Shown here: positions 61,277 through 64,000 of the stretch, in pieces
Numbering within the stretch: position 1 is the first letter of the stretch
How the letters are laid out: every line of letters begins with the position of its first letter
Assembly: GCA_052426225.1 (NCBI GenBank)
Contig: JBNJNM010000006.1
Location: 806,001-870,000, forward strand
DNA from: Zancudomyces culisetae HAW-14-8
Taxonomy: Eukaryota; Fungi; Kickxellomycota
Reading direction: 5' to 3'
Length of the DNA: 64,000 nucleotides
Translations under genes and position numbers: made by a program
Notes under the pieces: model-generated
Databases searched by the model: none
Told to the model about the DNA's origin: nothing
The model's input: only the letters and a program-made list of their open reading frames with translations

Positions 61277-63168
61277 GTCAAGCTAATGTCAAACCGACTA
61301 GAGCTGGCTTTTGCGCTTAGAAACTTGACAAAGTGCAAAATATCATCAGATTCACAGTAGACTAGCGATAGTGTGTTGAACGATGCAGGTATAGTCAGCA
61401 ATATATTGTCGTCCTCGCTGTCTACGTTGTTGCGGCTGTAAATGTCCTCTTCGTTGGTGGATGACAACAGATAGCAGTCGTATCCCCCAACGGTGCCTGT
61501 GGCAAAGTTGGATTTGTTGATCAGGCCATCTAGACTGCTGGTCGTTGTTGTTGCTGCTGCTGTTTCTGTTGTTGTTGGAGTGAGACACAGTGAGCAATTC
61601 AACGCGTTTTCAATAGCCTTTGTTGCAATGGTGTAGTCTAGCCCTGGCCTAAACCGTCTTATTTGGCCTTTGTATTGTTTTATTTGGCTTATATTGCAGA
61701 TTTTGTTTATCATTTTAATAAATGGTTTAGATGAAAATACCCCTTTGTATACTTTTACCAGCTCGCTTTCCAGAGTATTCTCACAACTCTTGCTCTCTTT
61801 GTTATTTATTTCTAGCTTCAAATACCTCTGCGTCGAATATTGTCCTCTACTGATCTGCCATTTGTGTCCACTCTTTTCTTCGTTTGTTATTCCAACTTGG
61901 TAATCGGTTGGAACTCGCACCTTATCCATCCCTTCCTCAATATCTCGTTGTCTTATCTTTTCATATAACTGATCTGCCAGTTCTTGTTTTAGAAACTTGC
62001 CCAATATTATATACGAATCCTCAATAAAATGCTTGTTTGTTTCTTCTAAAACTCGAGAGTTTAGGTATTCTGGATTGATGTATTCACGCAAATACTCGAA
62101 ATCCTCAGCTGTTAGCTCTTCTTCTTCTTCTTCTTCTTCCTCTTTTTGAGGCTCGTTATTATTAATCGCTTTAAACCCATTATCTTCTTTCTCTTCATCT
62201 TTTTGCTGAACTCCATCTCTATCGCTATTGTTACCGTTATATCCATACACTATGCTATTATCTCCACTCTTGATTTGTTCCAATGTAGACAGCATTTTTT
62301 TACATCCATCACCGTTCATTTTCTGTTTCTGTTCTCTTTCTTTCTTGTCAGCAATCTCATCCTTACAATGGAACCATCCTTGAATACTAATCCGCTGGTT
62401 GTTGTATTTTTCATGCATAACTTCCTGCACTGCGTGAAGCGAAACTCCTGGAACAACCTCAAAAAATACCAGCTGGTTGTTTTTAACAGGTAATACCTTA
62501 ACTTCCTTGTGGTCAACCGAATACATCTCCAAACCTCCTCCATTGCTGCTGCCATCCCATACCAAATTGTCATCCTGCTTCGCTTCCATTTCTGTGAAAT
62601 ATAGAATAAAACTGATCTTGCGGTCGTTAATACAGTCATCATGAAACAGTAGGTAATCTCCATTCTTGTAGATGTTTGCACTCATATCCGTCTTGACCTC
62701 CGAGAGCTCACTGCAACCCGTGACTGTTTCTATAAACTCCCGGAATTCTCTCGAGTAAATTTCATTTCGCAACTTCTTTAGCCAACGGATTTCGTCCTGC
62801 TCAAATGTCGACAGCCCATCAATATTCGACAAGTCCCCCGATTGATGATAACAGTAGATATCCGTTTGTTTGCGGGTATACTTGAGTTTGTTTAGCATTT
62901 CTTGTTTTATCAAATCCACACAATCTGGATTAATAATCGGATTGATCACCGCATGTTTGTAGGGCCCCGACGTTTCGTACCGCTTCTTTATCTCCGCAAT
63001 ATTCTGTTTGCTCAACAAATTCTGTGCCAAAACCTTGGTGTTGGTACTGGCATTGCCATCCTCGTTTGGTTCGGTCGATATCTTTACTTTTTTGTTTGCG
63101 CTTTCAAAATCAGCCTCGTTGGATAATTGAGGCTCTTCCCCATCCTTTCTTTGTTTATATGTACCCAT
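61267..63168 (-). CDS. TPA1: uS12 prolyl hydroxylase TPA1/Ofd1/OGFOD1
   Basis: TDIY..HQSGDL, LLFHDDCINDRKISFILY (HxD), SLHAVQEV, RISIQGWFH and C-terminal RRFRPGLDYT. Confidence 0.92.
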   Translation of the reverse strand: MGTYKQRKDGEEPQLSNEADFESANKKVKISTEPNEDGNASTNTKVLAQNLLSKQNIAEIKKRYETSGPYKHAVINPIINPDCVDLIKQEMLNKLKYTRKQTDIYCYHQSGDLSNIDGLSTFEQDEIRWLKKLRNEIYSREFREFIETVTGCSELSEVKTDMSANIYKNGDYLLFHDDCINDRKISFILYFTEMEAKQDDNLVWDGSSNGGGLEMYSVDHKEVKVLPVKNNQLVFFEVVPGVSLHAVQEVMHEKYNNQRISIQGWFHCKDEIADKKEREQKQKMNGDGCKKMLSTLEQIKSGDNSIVYGYNGNNSDRDGVQQKDEEKEDNGFKAINNNEPQKEEEEEEEEELTAEDFEYLREYINPEYLNSRVLEETNKHFIEDSYIILGKFLKQELADQLYEKIRQRDIEEGMDKVRVPTDYQVGITNEEKSGHKWQISRGQYSTQRYLKLEINNKESKSCENTLESELVKVYKGVFSSKPFIKMINKICNISQIKQYKGQIRRFRPGLDYTIATKAIENALNCSLCLTPTTTETAAATTTTSSLDGLINKSNFATGTVGGYDCYLLSSTNEEDIYSRNNVDSEDDNILLTIPASFNTLSLVYCESDDILHFVKFLSAKASSSRFDISLTYK

Positions 63169-63913
63169 ACCTTGCTTAGTTTATAGTTGATACTTTTAAG
63201 AGCTTTTTGAAGAATTCCACTCACTCCAAAGCAGACAATATAATATCAAGAATATAAAAGTTTTTCTATTTTCTTTTATTTGATTTGATCACAAATTAAT
63301 ATATTTGAGCAGGAAAAAAAAAATAGTAAAAATAAGGTGATTTCGAAACACAACAAAACCAAATTGGATCTTAAAAACCAAATTGTTTTCTCGGTCTCTC
63401 AGCTGATTTATTATGTCTGATACACAAACAAAAGTAGCTAAAAAAAAATTTTTTTTCTCTACTCATTTTCTTTACTCGATCTCATTACCCGTGTATGTAC
63501 CAGACTGGATATCATATCACACAAGTCATGTAGATATATCATGGGACCATTGGACAGAGTTTGGGCACCAAGTAGGAGTTAGAATTGATTTAAAATTCGA
63601 GACTTTAAAACATCTAGGTGCACTTGTTGGTATACTTGCTGTTCTTCAACCAACCCAAGCTCATTATGTACAATAACCAGCTATGATCTTTTTTTTACCC
63701 ATAGTATAACTCTTTTTCTTTTCTTTTAGAGTGACCCATTTTCTAAGCTTGAACCATTTGTATTGTAACCACTTTGATAGTCGGACGCTGGATATAGTTT
63801 GGAGTATCATCCGTTTTCTACTTGATGATGATGCTCATATCTTGAACCCTGACAGTAGATCTATATACCAGCATTATGTCTAGATCAAATAATTTGTAGT
63901 GATATTACTTGTC

Positions 63914-63950
63914 TTCTCTCCTCTCTCCTCTCTCCTCTCTTTTCCTCTCT
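63914..63950. repeat. Short CT-rich simple repeat
   Basis: TCCTCTC-like units repeated 3-4 times. Confidence 0.6.
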
Positions 63951-64000
63951 TCCCTGAGAAGTAAAAAAATAATAAACAGGTGGATGAATATCATGTACAC

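Noticed and set aside
63413-63676. 87-aa ORF near the window end
   Set aside because: It spans an A/T promoter-like tract and has no recognisable motifs.

Overview
Gene-dense, AT-rich fungal genomic DNA with many short GT-AG introns; an early-diverging fungus is my inference from gene content and composition. Housekeeping genes in order: DNA ligase I (5' probably truncated), sphingoid base kinase, a spliced complex I NDUFA7-like gene missed by the ORF track, HST3/4-type sirtuin, SNF4, intronless URA2, UNC93-like MFS transporter, UTP5, fidgetin-like AAA ATPase, an orphan 7TM receptor-like gene, MRPS9, SHP1/p47, a DUF4604-like protein, a TOK1-type K+ channel, an ASA1-like WD40 protein, CDC1/MPPE1 and TPA1. 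Two things stand out. (1) An intact, apparently very young Ty3/Gypsy LTR retrotransposon (419-bp LTRs that look identical, 4-bp CACT TSD, single gag-pol ORF) is inserted into the 6-nt spacer of a tandem tRNA-Thr(AGT)/tRNA-Thr(TGT) pair. (2) The apparently empty intergenic DNA between 25.7 and 41 kb contains up to five eroded copies of the single intact 7TM gene, i.e. a decaying receptor-like gene array. All alignments and splice models were made by eye, and pseudogene boundaries are approximate.
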